A stretch of 64,000 nt of DNA from Klebsiella phage FKP3: sequence record PP895363.1; one strand, given 5' to 3'. Positions 35,401 through 44,296 of the stretch are shown in pieces (positions within the stretch are counted from its first letter, which is position 1; each line of letters opens with the position of its first letter). Both the position numbers and the translations under genes were made by a program. Under the pieces are notes generated by a model that was not told where the DNA came from, searched no databases, and saw nothing but the letters and a program-made list of their open reading frames with translations.

Positions 35401-35677
35401 GCGAGCATCACCATCTGCACCGAAACCTAAGTTTGACACGGAGGCATTTGTCTTTGACACACCGATTGAGAAGATTGAAGAGGCGCTCCAACGCTTTGAA
35501 GAGCAGGAGGCAGATCCTATGGCTGAACCTCTCACGCAGGATCAACTCTACTGGTGGGGATGGTGGGAATTGCACATGCCAGAGGCAAAAAGACGTGGCA
35601 TGACTACAGTTCCAATCTGTGCGAAAGAATCTGCGGTATTGGGACTTTATGAGAAACCGAGAGGCAGGAAGAAATGA
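35354..35677 (+). CDS. hypothetical protein with basic N-terminus (GTG start, overlaps upstream gene)
   Basis: 107 aa; GGAGGTGG RBS; Lys/Pro/Ala-rich N-terminus, Trp-rich centre (YWWGWWELH). Confidence 0.3.
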   Translation: MAKTPKKQSARKPATKRASPSAPKPKFDTEAFVFDTPIEKIEEALQRFEEQEADPMAEPLTQDQLYWWGWWELHMPEAKRRGMTTVPICAKESAVLGLYEKPRGRKK

Positions 35678-36345
35678 GGCTAGTTCATGGCATAGGTATA
35701 AATGATGCAGATCATAGAATAACCGTAAATGAGATGATAGGTGGCAAATTAAAACAAACTTGGATTTGTCCTTACTACTCAACTTGGAAAGGTATTTTAA
35801 TGCGCACAAAAGAATCATTTTGGTTAAAGAATCCTACCTATCATGGGTGTAAAATAAATAAAGACTGGTTAAGATTTTCTAACTTCGAAACCTGGCTAAA
35901 GGAACAACCTAGCCATGCCGAGTGGTTAGCCAATCCTAAAGATTGGGCGGTGGATAAAGATTTTGTATTCCCTGGAAATAAGACTTATTCCGCAGAAACT
36001 TGTTGCCTTTTGCCGCGCTATGTGAATAATGCACTCTTAGATAGTTCCTCTATTCGTGGAGAGTATCCGCTTGGTGTTTCTTATCACAAGCAACATAAAA
36101 AATTATACAGCTCTATAAAGATAGAGGGTAAACAACATTTCCTTGGCTTACATTCTGATACTAAAGAAGCTCATAAGGCTTGGCAAGTAGCTAAGATAGA
36201 CGCGCTGAAAGGTATCCTTACAAGATACAGAAAGGAGAATCATTATGATACTCGTATTTGTCTAAGATTGTTGGATGAAATTTACTTAATTGAAGAGGAT
36301 GTTAAGAATGCAAGAGAAACAAAAAGGTTTGGTCGTATGGCTTGA
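35674..36345 (+). CDS. AP2-domain-like DNA-binding protein (possible degenerate homing endonuclease)
   Basis: 223 aa; EYPLGVSYHKQHKKLYSSIKIEGKQHFLGLHSDTKEAHKAWQVAK resembles AP2/HNH-associated DNA-binding domains. Confidence 0.3.
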   Translation: MRLVHGIGINDADHRITVNEMIGGKLKQTWICPYYSTWKGILMRTKESFWLKNPTYHGCKINKDWLRFSNFETWLKEQPSHAEWLANPKDWAVDKDFVFPGNKTYSAETCCLLPRYVNNALLDSSSIRGEYPLGVSYHKQHKKLYSSIKIEGKQHFLGLHSDTKEAHKAWQVAKIDALKGILTRYRKENHYDTRICLRLLDEIYLIEEDVKNARETKRFGRMA

Positions 36346-36670
36346 TGATTTACGTGATCCTAAAGACTACGGCTACCCAGAGGCTATCTGGGTTAAATCC
36401 GCACAAGAGATCTGGAGCTTGTATCTCACTCTTCAGGTGAGGAGCATGACGAACGAAGTGACAGAAATGCACTTTGATAATGACCTCGGTACTGGAGCAG
36501 ATGGGTATTACGTATTCACCAGACTGGAGAGCATGATTGCTGCGGGAGGTTTTAAAGGTTTGCAGACCATCTATGTGCATACATCCAATCCGGCGGCTGC
36601 ACAGAAGTTCATGCTGGCAAAGGAGCATCTTGCTAGTTACGGTATCGAACTGATTCGTAAACACTATTGA
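36308..36670 (+). CDS. hypothetical protein
   Basis: ORF-track 36290-36670; ATG at 36308 is the likelier start. Confidence 0.3.
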   Translation: MQEKQKGLVVWLDDLRDPKDYGYPEAIWVKSAQEIWSLYLTLQVRSMTNEVTEMHFDNDLGTGADGYYVFTRLESMIAAGGFKGLQTIYVHTSNPAAAQKFMLAKEHLASYGIELIRKHY

Positions 36671-36679
36671 GGAACCAAA

Positions 36680-36811
36680 CATGTACGTTATCTGGGTAGA
36701 TGAAGGTGATGGGTGGTATATCTATAAAGAAACAAATCATTGGCCTGATGTGCAGAAAGCCCTTGACTGTTTCGATTATTGTTACTATGATTCACACTTT
36801 GAAGACGAATA
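36680..36811 (+). CDS. small protein (43 aa)
   Basis: GAGG RBS; MYVIWVDEGDGWYIYKETNHWPDVQKALDCFDYCYYDSHFEDE. Confidence 0.2.
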
Positions 36812-36826
36812 GACAGGAGAAATAAC

Positions 36827-36994
36827 ATGTGGAATAAACCAGCACAAGGTCAACTTCCTTACCCACATCAGGTGGTGATTGCCATTACACCAGAAGGAAA
36901 AGAAGCGGAGATGTATCGTATTGGTAATCTTTGGTTCCCTGTCGGTGACACATGTTATGTCTACTGGACACCTGAAATGTGGAGGGCTAAGTGA
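36827..36994 (+). CDS. small protein (55 aa)
   Basis: CAGGAG RBS; MWNKPAQGQLPYPHQVVIAITPEGKEAEMYRIGNLWFPVGDTCYVYWTPEMWRAK. Confidence 0.25.
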   Translation: MWNKPAQGQLPYPHQVVIAITPEGKEAEMYRIGNLWFPVGDTCYVYWTPEMWRAK

Positions 36995-37341
36995 AGGATA
37001 ATATTTGCTACCAACATCTCTATTGGATACATGATGAAGAGACTTACACACAACGTGTCATTGTATGTGCGGCTAACAAATACACCCTGACAACTGGGGA
37101 AGAACTGGTCGTACCATGTGTCAGACACGCAAATCCGGTATTATCACAACAGATAAAGGTGTTGATGGATACTGGATTGTTGGCTAAGTCCTATTGTCAT
37201 CCAGATGATCAAGGGTTTATTGACCAATACTATAATTGGTGGAATCGTGCAGATGCATTTATTATTGCAGATCATGCTAATCAAATTGATTATGACAGAA
37301 ATGGTCATTATCGTGAGTTATTTAGTGAGGGGCTATATTAA
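36991..37341 (+). CDS. hypothetical protein
   Basis: 116 aa ORF, 4-nt overlaps both sides. Confidence 0.3.
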   Translation: MKDNICYQHLYWIHDEETYTQRVIVCAANKYTLTTGEELVVPCVRHANPVLSQQIKVLMDTGLLAKSYCHPDDQGFIDQYYNWWNRADAFIIADHANQIDYDRNGHYRELFSEGLY

Positions 37342-37832
37342 TGAGAGATATTCTTACAGAACTTGGAGTAAACCACTGTAGTCATAAGCTTGAAGATGAC
37401 TGGTTAGATTTTTATGCTCTTAATTACGCTCAAGCACGTAAGAGCTTTAGTGAAGCTTTATCTCATGTTCAAGAATTATTTGATGTAAAAGAAGATGAGG
37501 TATTGGCTAAAACATACACAATCAGTTCTTATGATTACACTAACCCTGAGTTTATGTTAAAATTTTGGAGAGATGTTAATCAGTTCATTAAAGAAAATAC
37601 ATCAAAGGATTGGAGTTTTTCCTGTATTACTGTTGAAGATACTGAAAAATTCCTAGACCAATATGATGACTTTGGTGAAGATTGTAAAGAAATTAGTGTT
37701 TATGCTTATGTTAAAAGCTTTGACCAGTTTACATCACAAGAGCAAAAAGATGCAATCAATACAATGAGGTATTATGAGATGAAGCTGAAAGAAGCAAAAG
37801 AAAATTTAGATCGCTATAAAAAAGGTGTTTAA
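37341..37832 (+). CDS. hypothetical protein
   Basis: 163 aa ORF. Confidence 0.3.
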   Translation: MRDILTELGVNHCSHKLEDDWLDFYALNYAQARKSFSEALSHVQELFDVKEDEVLAKTYTISSYDYTNPEFMLKFWRDVNQFIKENTSKDWSFSCITVEDTEKFLDQYDDFGEDCKEISVYAYVKSFDQFTSQEQKDAINTMRYYEMKLKEAKENLDRYKKGV

Positions 37833-38382
37833 CATGTATTTAACTTCAGACCTGCATTTCATGCATAAACGTATTAGGGAGTTTGCTCCTAGTTTTAGAC
37901 CGTGGGAAACTCTGGAAGAAATGACAGAGGCTCTTATTACAGCTTGGAACGAAAAAGCAAAAACACCGGGCACAAAAATGTATCATCTTGGGGATTTCTG
38001 TTTTAGTACGCCAGAAGAAACAGATTTCATTGCTTCCCGTTTAAACGGCGACATTACCTTCATCGTTGGGAACCATGACTACTCAAAACACCGCGAAGTT
38101 CTTGAAAAGTATGGTGAAGTGAAGTATTATGAAGAGGTGAAGTATAAAAAGAAATTTTTTGTTCTTTTTCACTATCCTGTTGCATCATGGAATAAACAAG
38201 GCCGTGGTTCATTTCATTTACATGGCCACTCACATGGTAGTTTCCCGGATGAAGCTTACGGTAGGATGTTAGATGTTGGTTGGGATGCTCACGGAAAGAT
38301 CTTGCATTTTGACGAAGTGATTGAAATTCTAGAGGGTAGGGAAGTTAAGGTCATTGACCATCATAAGATTATTAAGGGATAA
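37825..38382 (+). CDS. calcineurin-like metallophosphoesterase (candidate RNA 3'-end healing phosphatase)
   Basis: DLHF...GDF...GNHD...HLHGHSHG metal-ligand motifs; first gene of a phosphoesterase/ligase/kinase cassette. Confidence 0.55.
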   Translation: MFNMYLTSDLHFMHKRIREFAPSFRPWETLEEMTEALITAWNEKAKTPGTKMYHLGDFCFSTPEETDFIASRLNGDITFIVGNHDYSKHREVLEKYGEVKYYEEVKYKKKFFVLFHYPVASWNKQGRGSFHLHGHSHGSFPDEAYGRMLDVGWDAHGKILHFDEVIEILEGREVKVIDHHKIIKG

Positions 38383-38383
38383 T

Positions 38384-38599
38384 ATGAAGTATATTACAGC
38401 GTTGCTCCTACTCATATCTTTCCAAGTTTTAGCAGATGAAAACTCTAAAGATGTATTTTTGTTTATACCTAAAACTGATGAAATCTTTGAGGTTAAAACT
38501 TACGATGGAAAACAGTTATGGTGTTATGTCTCTGATAAGTTAATCACGAGATTGACTATAAAATGTTTTGATAAAAACTTTGATAAGGAAAGGAAATGA
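38384..38599 (+). CDS. small secreted protein
   Basis: MKYITALLLLISFQVLA signal peptide; the ORF track extends the frame upstream to 38354. Confidence 0.3.
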   Translation: MKYITALLLLISFQVLADENSKDVFLFIPKTDEIFEVKTYDGKQLWCYVSDKLITRLTIKCFDKNFDKERK

Positions 38600-39519
38600 A
38601 ATTTAATGTCGATGACTTGGTAGCTAAAAAGTTAGTCACGAAAAAGACTTATACCGAAGGCCCGTTCGCGGGTCTGTCTGTGCTGAAGTATAAGAACAAT
38701 GTGTTCTGGGATAACCTCTGGCATACAGATCCTCGTCTACTGGAATGCCGTGGGATGGTTGTTGATGCAGAAGATAACGTTGTGATCTGGCCTTTCACAA
38801 AGATTTTCAACCGTTTTGAGAATGGAACAAACTTACCACTTGATCAGCAGGTTGTGTGCGTTCGTAAAGTTAATGGCTTTATGGCAACTGCTGCGGTACG
38901 TGGTGAAAAACTTCTTGTGTCAACAACAGGAACCTTGGATTCCGAGTTCTCCACTCTTGCACGGAAACATCTTGACGAACTTAAGTTTGACCGTGTGGCG
39001 TTTCCAGAGAATTTCACATTTATCTTTGAAATCTGTGATAGGAGTGATCCGCACATCGTAGCTGAGGAAGAAGGGGCATATCTTATTGGTGTCCGTGACC
39101 TTGCTTTGAACGGTGTTATGGTGGAAGAACATAAGCTTGATCGTATTGCTGAGGTTATTGGCGCAAAGCGACCTACATGGGGTGTTGTTCCTTTTGGTGA
39201 TGTGGTCTATAATGTCCAGCATGTCCAGCATGAGGGTTATGTCATCCGTAATATCGGAACAGATGAAGAAAACAGCGAACTTCTTATGAAAATCAAATCT
39301 CCACATTACTTGGCGAAAAAATTCCTGATGCGCGGAGGGGATAATAAATGGGATATGATTTGGGATAATCCACAAGAAGCAAGGAAACGTATTGACGAGG
39401 AATACTATTCACTGTTAGAGTGGCTACGTTTCGCTTTTGAAAAAGAAGAATGGAAATCTTTAGATTCCCAAGCCCGAAGAGAGAAAATCGAAACTTACTT
39501 TGAGAGAGGAGAAGGATGA
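38596..39519 (+). CDS. RNA ligase (covalent nucleotidyltransferase superfamily)
   Basis: Motif I KVNGF, motif III FIFEI, motif IV EGYVIRN, motif V KIKSP in correct order and spacing; paired with a P-loop kinase. Confidence 0.55.
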   Translation: MKFNVDDLVAKKLVTKKTYTEGPFAGLSVLKYKNNVFWDNLWHTDPRLLECRGMVVDAEDNVVIWPFTKIFNRFENGTNLPLDQQVVCVRKVNGFMATAAVRGEKLLVSTTGTLDSEFSTLARKHLDELKFDRVAFPENFTFIFEICDRSDPHIVAEEEGAYLIGVRDLALNGVMVEEHKLDRIAEVIGAKRPTWGVVPFGDVVYNVQHVQHEGYVIRNIGTDEENSELLMKIKSPHYLAKKFLMRGGDNKWDMIWDNPQEARKRIDEEYYSLLEWLRFAFEKEEWKSLDSQARREKIETYFERGEG

Positions 39520-39920
39520 AAACACTTATTATTTTACGTGGTGTGTCTGGTGCTGGTAAGTCCACAGTGGCAGATATGTTGGCAGAAGATTTGTGGCCTA
39601 TCTGTGAAGCAGACAAATTTCATTACACTCAGGATGGTGTTTACGATTGGAAACCTGAGAATGTTCATGCAGCACATAAATGGTGCCAAGATAAGGTAAA
39701 GGAGGCGATGGAACAGGGTTTACTTAAGATTATCGTATCGAATACATCCACCACGCAGAAAGAACTTGCTCCTTATCAGGATTTAGCAGAAGAGTACGAA
39801 TATCAGGTGGTAAGCTTAGTTGTAGAAAACCGTCATGGGAATAACTCTATCCATAATGTTCCACAGAATATTCGTGATGCTCAAGAAAAACGTTTACGTG
39901 ATTCCTTAAAATTACAGTAG
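39516..39920 (+). CDS. P-loop polynucleotide kinase-like protein
   Basis: ILRGVSGAGKST Walker A close to the N-terminus, 134 aa, 4-nt overlap with the RNA ligase gene. Confidence 0.5.
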   Translation: MKTLIILRGVSGAGKSTVADMLAEDLWPICEADKFHYTQDGVYDWKPENVHAAHKWCQDKVKEAMEQGLLKIIVSNTSTTQKELAPYQDLAEEYEYQVVSLVVENRHGNNSIHNVPQNIRDAQEKRLRDSLKLQ

Positions 39921-39932
39921 GAGGAATAATAA

Positions 39933-40091
39933 TGGTAACAACGTATGTATTGTTTGCAATTTTCTATTCTGGTAATGGTAATTCAACTTATCAGGCAGAT
40001 TTTAACTCGCAAGGGGCTTGCATTATGGCGTTAGAGGAAGGCAAGCGTGAAAGGGTTTTTGATAATGGTATGTGTGTGCCGAAGGGGTGAG
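39933..40091 (+). CDS. small hydrophobic protein (52 aa)
   Basis: AGGAGG RBS; MVTTYVLFAIFYSGNGNSTYQADF... Confidence 0.2.
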
Positions 40092-40092
40092 A

Positions 40093-40335
40093 ATGAATAT
40101 TCCAGATGATTTTTATACCCACGAGAACTCGTGGAGAAAGGCTCTTGAACGTCTTATCGAACTGGAGCCTGTAACTGGTGAACCTGATGAAGATAACCGT
40201 GGGTTTTGGGAACATGAATTACGTGCATTCAATCACGCTTATGAGCAACTTCATAAGGGTTGTCCCCATGATGGTGCTACCTACTATGATATGAGTGGGC
40301 GTGAACGCTGTGGAATGTGTGGAGGTGATATTTGA
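40093..40335 (+). CDS. hypothetical protein with C-terminal CxxC pair
   Basis: ORF-track 40072-40335; ATG at 40093 has a better RBS. Confidence 0.3.
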   Translation: MNIPDDFYTHENSWRKALERLIELEPVTGEPDEDNRGFWEHELRAFNHAYEQLHKGCPHDGATYYDMSGRERCGMCGGDI

Positions 40336-40517
40336 GAAAACTTATTGTACCGTGGCTCTATTGCCCTTGTGGGAGCAGTAAGATTGAAGTAGAGACTGAA
40401 AAAGGTGATGAGTTATACCTCTATTATGGCGACAAAGTGAAATGCCTTGTTTGCGGAAATGAAGGTGAAATTGAAACAGATGATTGCTGCGCGTATGCAG
40501 TGTGGGAGGATGAATGA
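40332..40517 (+). CDS. zinc-ribbon protein
   Basis: 61 aa with CPCG...CLVCG. Confidence 0.3.
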   Translation: MRKLIVPWLYCPCGSSKIEVETEKGDELYLYYGDKVKCLVCGNEGEIETDDCCAYAVWEDE

Positions 40518-40738
40518 GTACAGCTATTTATGTAAGAGGCGTGAGTGAGCACGAGCAATGCCTTTTCTCTTTTGGGGAAGGTGTAGAGATTGAAGATATG
40601 TATCAAGAGATTTGCGAAGTCTTGGATAATGAAGGATTCACAATTGTAAACTCATTCCTCGTTACCTCATCAGAATATTTAGAGGTTGATTTAACACAGA
40701 TGATGTTTAGTGTCCAAGAAACAGTTTTTGATTGGTAA
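40514..40738 (+). CDS. hypothetical protein
   Basis: 74 aa ORF. Confidence 0.25.
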   Translation: MSTAIYVRGVSEHEQCLFSFGEGVEIEDMYQEICEVLDNEGFTIVNSFLVTSSEYLEVDLTQMMFSVQETVFDW

Positions 40739-40747
40739 GGAGAAATA

Positions 40748-41866
40748 ATGCTGCAATTAAATCCTACATTGTATGGTAAAGACACCAAAGGTAATATTAA
40801 AGAATGGTCTGTCTATACGGATGGTGCAACTGTTACAGTTGGTCATGGTCGTCTTGGTGGAAAGATTACTACGAAATCCTATGAAGCAGAAGCTAAAAAT
40901 GTTGGTCGATCCAATGAAACTACACCAGAAGAGCAAGCGGAATTAGAAGCTTTGGCAAAATGGACGAAGCAGCTTAAACGCGGATATTACCACACCATTG
41001 AGGAAGCACAAGATCACGAACCCTTTACACCGATGAAGTGCCAGGATTATAAGGACTTCTCTCATAAAGTGCGTTTCCCAGGATATGCGCAATACAAGTT
41101 GAATGGTTTACGTTCTATGATTAACGATGATGGTGAATGCCTATCAAAAGCTGGTGAAGTGTATACACTTCCTGAACACTGGACTAAAATTCCTGAGTTC
41201 ATTCAGGAAGATTTTGGGTATCCTTTAGATGGTGAAGTGTTTGCTGGCTTGGGTGTTCTGAGTCTGCAAGTCATCAATGGAGCATGGAAGAAGTATAAGG
41301 CTGGTATCACTGAGCAATTAGGCTACTATGTATATGATATTCCTGTACCAGATCTACCATTCAAGAAGCGTGTAGAGTTCTTGAAAGACTTAGCAGAAAT
41401 GGTTGTACAGGCTGGCTTAGAAGACCTTATTCATGTTGTGCATTCTGAGTACATTGAAAACCAAGAGCAGTTAGACGATTTTTATGCAAAAGCTTTGGAA
41501 GATAAAGCCGAAGGTATCGTGTATCGCAACGAAGACGGTATCTATGAGTTCGGTAAACGTTCCTATGATGTTATCAAACGTAAACCTCGTGGTAATATGG
41601 AAGTAAAAGTAACGGGTATGACTGTTGATAAAAATGGTGATGGGGTATTGACAGGGATCACAAAAGATGATAAGATTGTCGAGTTCCTAATGAGGAAAGA
41701 TTCACATCCTACCATTAACTATCGCAAAGCCGATAACGCTTCGCAACTTATCGATCAATTTGTAGAAATTGAATATGAAGAATTATCTGACGCCGGGATT
41801 CCTACAAAACCAGTTGGTGTTCGTCTAAGAGAGATGATTGACGGGACATGGGAACCTGCCGAATAA
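40748..41866 (+). CDS. ATP-dependent DNA ligase
   Basis: Motif I KLNGLR, motif III LDGEVFA, motif IV EGIVYRN, motif V VIKRKP; 372 aa. Confidence 0.65.
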   Translation: MLQLNPTLYGKDTKGNIKEWSVYTDGATVTVGHGRLGGKITTKSYEAEAKNVGRSNETTPEEQAELEALAKWTKQLKRGYYHTIEEAQDHEPFTPMKCQDYKDFSHKVRFPGYAQYKLNGLRSMINDDGECLSKAGEVYTLPEHWTKIPEFIQEDFGYPLDGEVFAGLGVLSLQVINGAWKKYKAGITEQLGYYVYDIPVPDLPFKKRVEFLKDLAEMVVQAGLEDLIHVVHSEYIENQEQLDDFYAKALEDKAEGIVYRNEDGIYEFGKRSYDVIKRKPRGNMEVKVTGMTVDKNGDGVLTGITKDDKIVEFLMRKDSHPTINYRKADNASQLIDQFVEIEYEELSDAGIPTKPVGVRLREMIDGTWEPAE

Positions 41867-41876
41867 GGAGGTAGAA

Positions 41877-42056
41877 TGTTTTACATTATTATGTTTGTGT
41901 TGTTTATTATCGCTATCGGTATTATAACCCTTGCGGAACAAGAAAGAAAAACTATTCCAGTACTAATCGCTCGTGTTATAGTTGCAGCTATGTCTGGGAT
42001 TGGTTTTGGCATAGTTGCATATGCCCTAGCACAATATATTTCTGATTTAATTTAAG
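41877..42056 (+). CDS. small membrane protein (59 aa, two TM segments)
   Basis: AGGAGG RBS; MFYIIMFVLFIIAIGIITLA... Confidence 0.3.
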
Positions 42057-42064
42057 GAGAAAGA

Positions 42065-42787
42065 GTGATTACAGATTTTTATAAACCTATTAAAGCCGAT
42101 AATCAATTTTTCATTGACGCTGCTAAACATGTTATTGCATGGAATGCTAAAGCACGAGGAGGAGAAACTCCTGAGTTTACCAATGAAATGTTTATTGCAC
42201 AGTTAGGATATGTCAGAGAAGAGTTAAAAGAATTTCAAGACGCTGCGAAGATTAACGATCATGTTGAACTTTTGGATGCTGCCGCAGATGTTTTTGTAGT
42301 AGCTAGTTACCTAGTTTTTATGTTTACTAGTGAAGAAAATCTTGAAAAGATTTTAAGCACAGGTGTTGGTGATGTTTTCCCTGAAACAGTGTATGATGAA
42401 TTTCTTTTATATGAGAAAGAAATGTCCACTGAGGTACAAATTATCCCTCTTACTATAGCTATGCTACGCATGGCAAGAGACACTCTAGTCCGTTCTAAGT
42501 ACAACTACAAAAAAGTTGTTAAAGAAGTATTACGGAGTAATGACTCCAAATACCCAACTCGCAAACAACTTCTGGCAGTGTGGGAGACTAAGGACATTGA
42601 TTTTGCGCTGGAGCAAGAATGTGCTGCAATCGAGGAGCGTAATAAGGATCGTCAAGAAGGTGCGTATACTGGTGTACATGCCACCTACAATGAGAAACAG
42701 AAAGTTTATGTGTTTTTTGATGATAAAGGGAAGATCATGAAACCTTCTACCTTTTCTAAACCTGATATTAAAAGTATTGTAGGCTAA
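42065..42787 (+). CDS. possible MazG-like nucleotide pyrophosphohydrolase
   Basis: GTG start after AAGGAG; all-alpha, acidic ...EELKEFQDAAKINDHVELLDAAADVFVV... pattern resembling MazG/HisE motifs; weak. Confidence 0.25.
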   Translation: MITDFYKPIKADNQFFIDAAKHVIAWNAKARGGETPEFTNEMFIAQLGYVREELKEFQDAAKINDHVELLDAAADVFVVASYLVFMFTSEENLEKILSTGVGDVFPETVYDEFLLYEKEMSTEVQIIPLTIAMLRMARDTLVRSKYNYKKVVKEVLRSNDSKYPTRKQLLAVWETKDIDFALEQECAAIEERNKDRQEGAYTGVHATYNEKQKVYVFFDDKGKIMKPSTFSKPDIKSIVG

Positions 42788-42812
42788 CTTTATGCCCCTT
42801 CGGGGGTAATGT

Positions 42813-43109
42813 TTGGAGGAAACCGTGTTTGAACAAAATCAAATTTTCGAGAACGGATTAGTACAGGTTATTCAAAACCTCAAACGTGCAGGTATCGAAG
42901 ACATTACAACAGAAGTTGTTGGATTGCATAGTGGCAACAAACACATGAAGTTCCGTTTCCATACTGAAGCACAGTGGTTAGCTGATCCTGCTAATAAAGT
43001 AAATGAAGCTGTGTGCCTATTTGGTAAGACTTACAAGGGTGAGTACAAGATGCCTGACTATATCGTGACCTATGAGAAGGTACAGTATTTCGTTGTTGAA
43101 GTGAAATAA
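42813..43109 (+). CDS. hypothetical protein
   Basis: 98 aa ORF. Confidence 0.3.
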   Translation: MEETVFEQNQIFENGLVQVIQNLKRAGIEDITTEVVGLHSGNKHMKFRFHTEAQWLADPANKVNEAVCLFGKTYKGEYKMPDYIVTYEKVQYFVVEVK

Positions 43110-43118
43110 GGAGAAACT

Positions 43119-44003
43119 ATGTTTGCTAAAAAATTCAAATCTGCCCTTCCGCTGGCTGCTGCCGAAGGTCTGTCTATTGCCGAACTAAATAACATCACTG
43201 ATCGTCCTCTGGACTTCGTGATTGCAGAAGGTCAGCAAGCTCATACAATTGGCCTCGTTAAGTTTGAGGATGACCAATCTTATGTGAAAGAGTTTAACGG
43301 TTTGCAACTGATCAACGTTGGTCAATCTATCAAGAAAGTGAACAAGAAAAAAGTGAAACGCCTGGTTGCTGCTAAGATTAAACAGATGGAAGAAGACCAT
43401 GCTATCGATAATCCAGGCATTGAGTTCTTCCTCGACAAAGAAAGCAAGAAAGCTATTGAAGCTGATGTTATTTTCTCTCTCCTCCCGGAGACAGAGGCAG
43501 ATGATTTCTACAACTACGTAGTGCTTGATACTGAGATGGACATTCTGTACGTTATTAATGGTAGTAAGAAAGTCAGCGAGGAAATTACTGCATTCCTGCG
43601 TGATGTTCTGGGTAGTTTTGCAGTTATGGGTTTTGGTGTCCATGAAGACCTTATTGTAAAAGGTTTTGGTGAGATTTTAGAGACTCATGAATTTGAGCGT
43701 CTAACTCTTGGCAACTACATCAAACTGGAAGATGATGAAGGTATCGTTGTCTGGAGCAAAGAATCCCTGTATGACTCTAAAGCTCTAGAGCTGAAAGAAG
43801 ATGGCAAATCTGTTCAGGCTATTGGTCTGGAGTACGATGGTGTTGTCAACTTCATTGTGGATAAAGATTTCCGTCTGAGCGGAATCAAGTTCCCGAAATA
43901 CTTCAACGACGAGGAAGGTAGTATCGAAGCAGCAGTCCTACTGTGCTTCAAAGAGGTACGTGGTATGCTCGAAGATCTGGCTGGGGCTACTTTTAAAAAA
44001 TAA
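43119..44003 (+). CDS. hypothetical protein
   Basis: 294 aa ORF, acidic, GGAG RBS. Confidence 0.3.
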   Translation: MFAKKFKSALPLAAAEGLSIAELNNITDRPLDFVIAEGQQAHTIGLVKFEDDQSYVKEFNGLQLINVGQSIKKVNKKKVKRLVAAKIKQMEEDHAIDNPGIEFFLDKESKKAIEADVIFSLLPETEADDFYNYVVLDTEMDILYVINGSKKVSEEITAFLRDVLGSFAVMGFGVHEDLIVKGFGEILETHEFERLTLGNYIKLEDDEGIVVWSKESLYDSKALELKEDGKSVQAIGLEYDGVVNFIVDKDFRLSGIKFPKYFNDEEGSIEAAVLLCFKEVRGMLEDLAGATFKK

Positions 44004-44006
44004 CGC

Positions 44007-44036
44007 TTGACTTACTGACTTCGTTTGTGTTAACAT
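44007..44036 (+). promoter_or_regulatory. candidate promoter TTGACT-N18-TAACAT with downstream hairpin
   Basis: TTGACTTACTGACTTCGTTTGTGTTAACAT then hairpin ATGCCCTCC...GGTGGGCAT. Confidence 0.3.
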
Positions 44037-44077
44037 GCCCTCCTACTTAGTTAGGTGGGCATTATGAGGATAATATT

Positions 44078-44287
44078 ATGAAGAACATTCTACTTGTTTT
44101 ATTATTAATCACAAGTGCTTCTGCAAAAGCAGGGCAAATAACCATTCCAAATTCAGGAGAAACTGTGAGTGGTGATACAAAAGTTTGTTTCTATTCTAAC
44201 TCAAATTATGACTTCACCTACGAAGTATCTGTAAATCGTCAATGTCCATATACAAAGACATTTTCAACCGACGAGGATGATGAATAG
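44078..44287 (+). CDS. small secreted protein
   Basis: Signal peptide MKNILLVLLLITSASAKAGQ; ends with TAG that is in frame with the following nuclease ORF. Confidence 0.35.
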   Translation: MKNILLVLLLITSASAKAGQITIPNSGETVSGDTKVCFYSNSNYDFTYEVSVNRQCPYTKTFSTDEDDE

Positions 44288-44296
44288 GAGGGTAAT

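Noticed and set aside
43185-43643. 152-aa minus-strand ORF inside plus-strand gene 43119-44003
   Set aside because: Antisense to a well-supported coding region in an all-plus block; no RBS.
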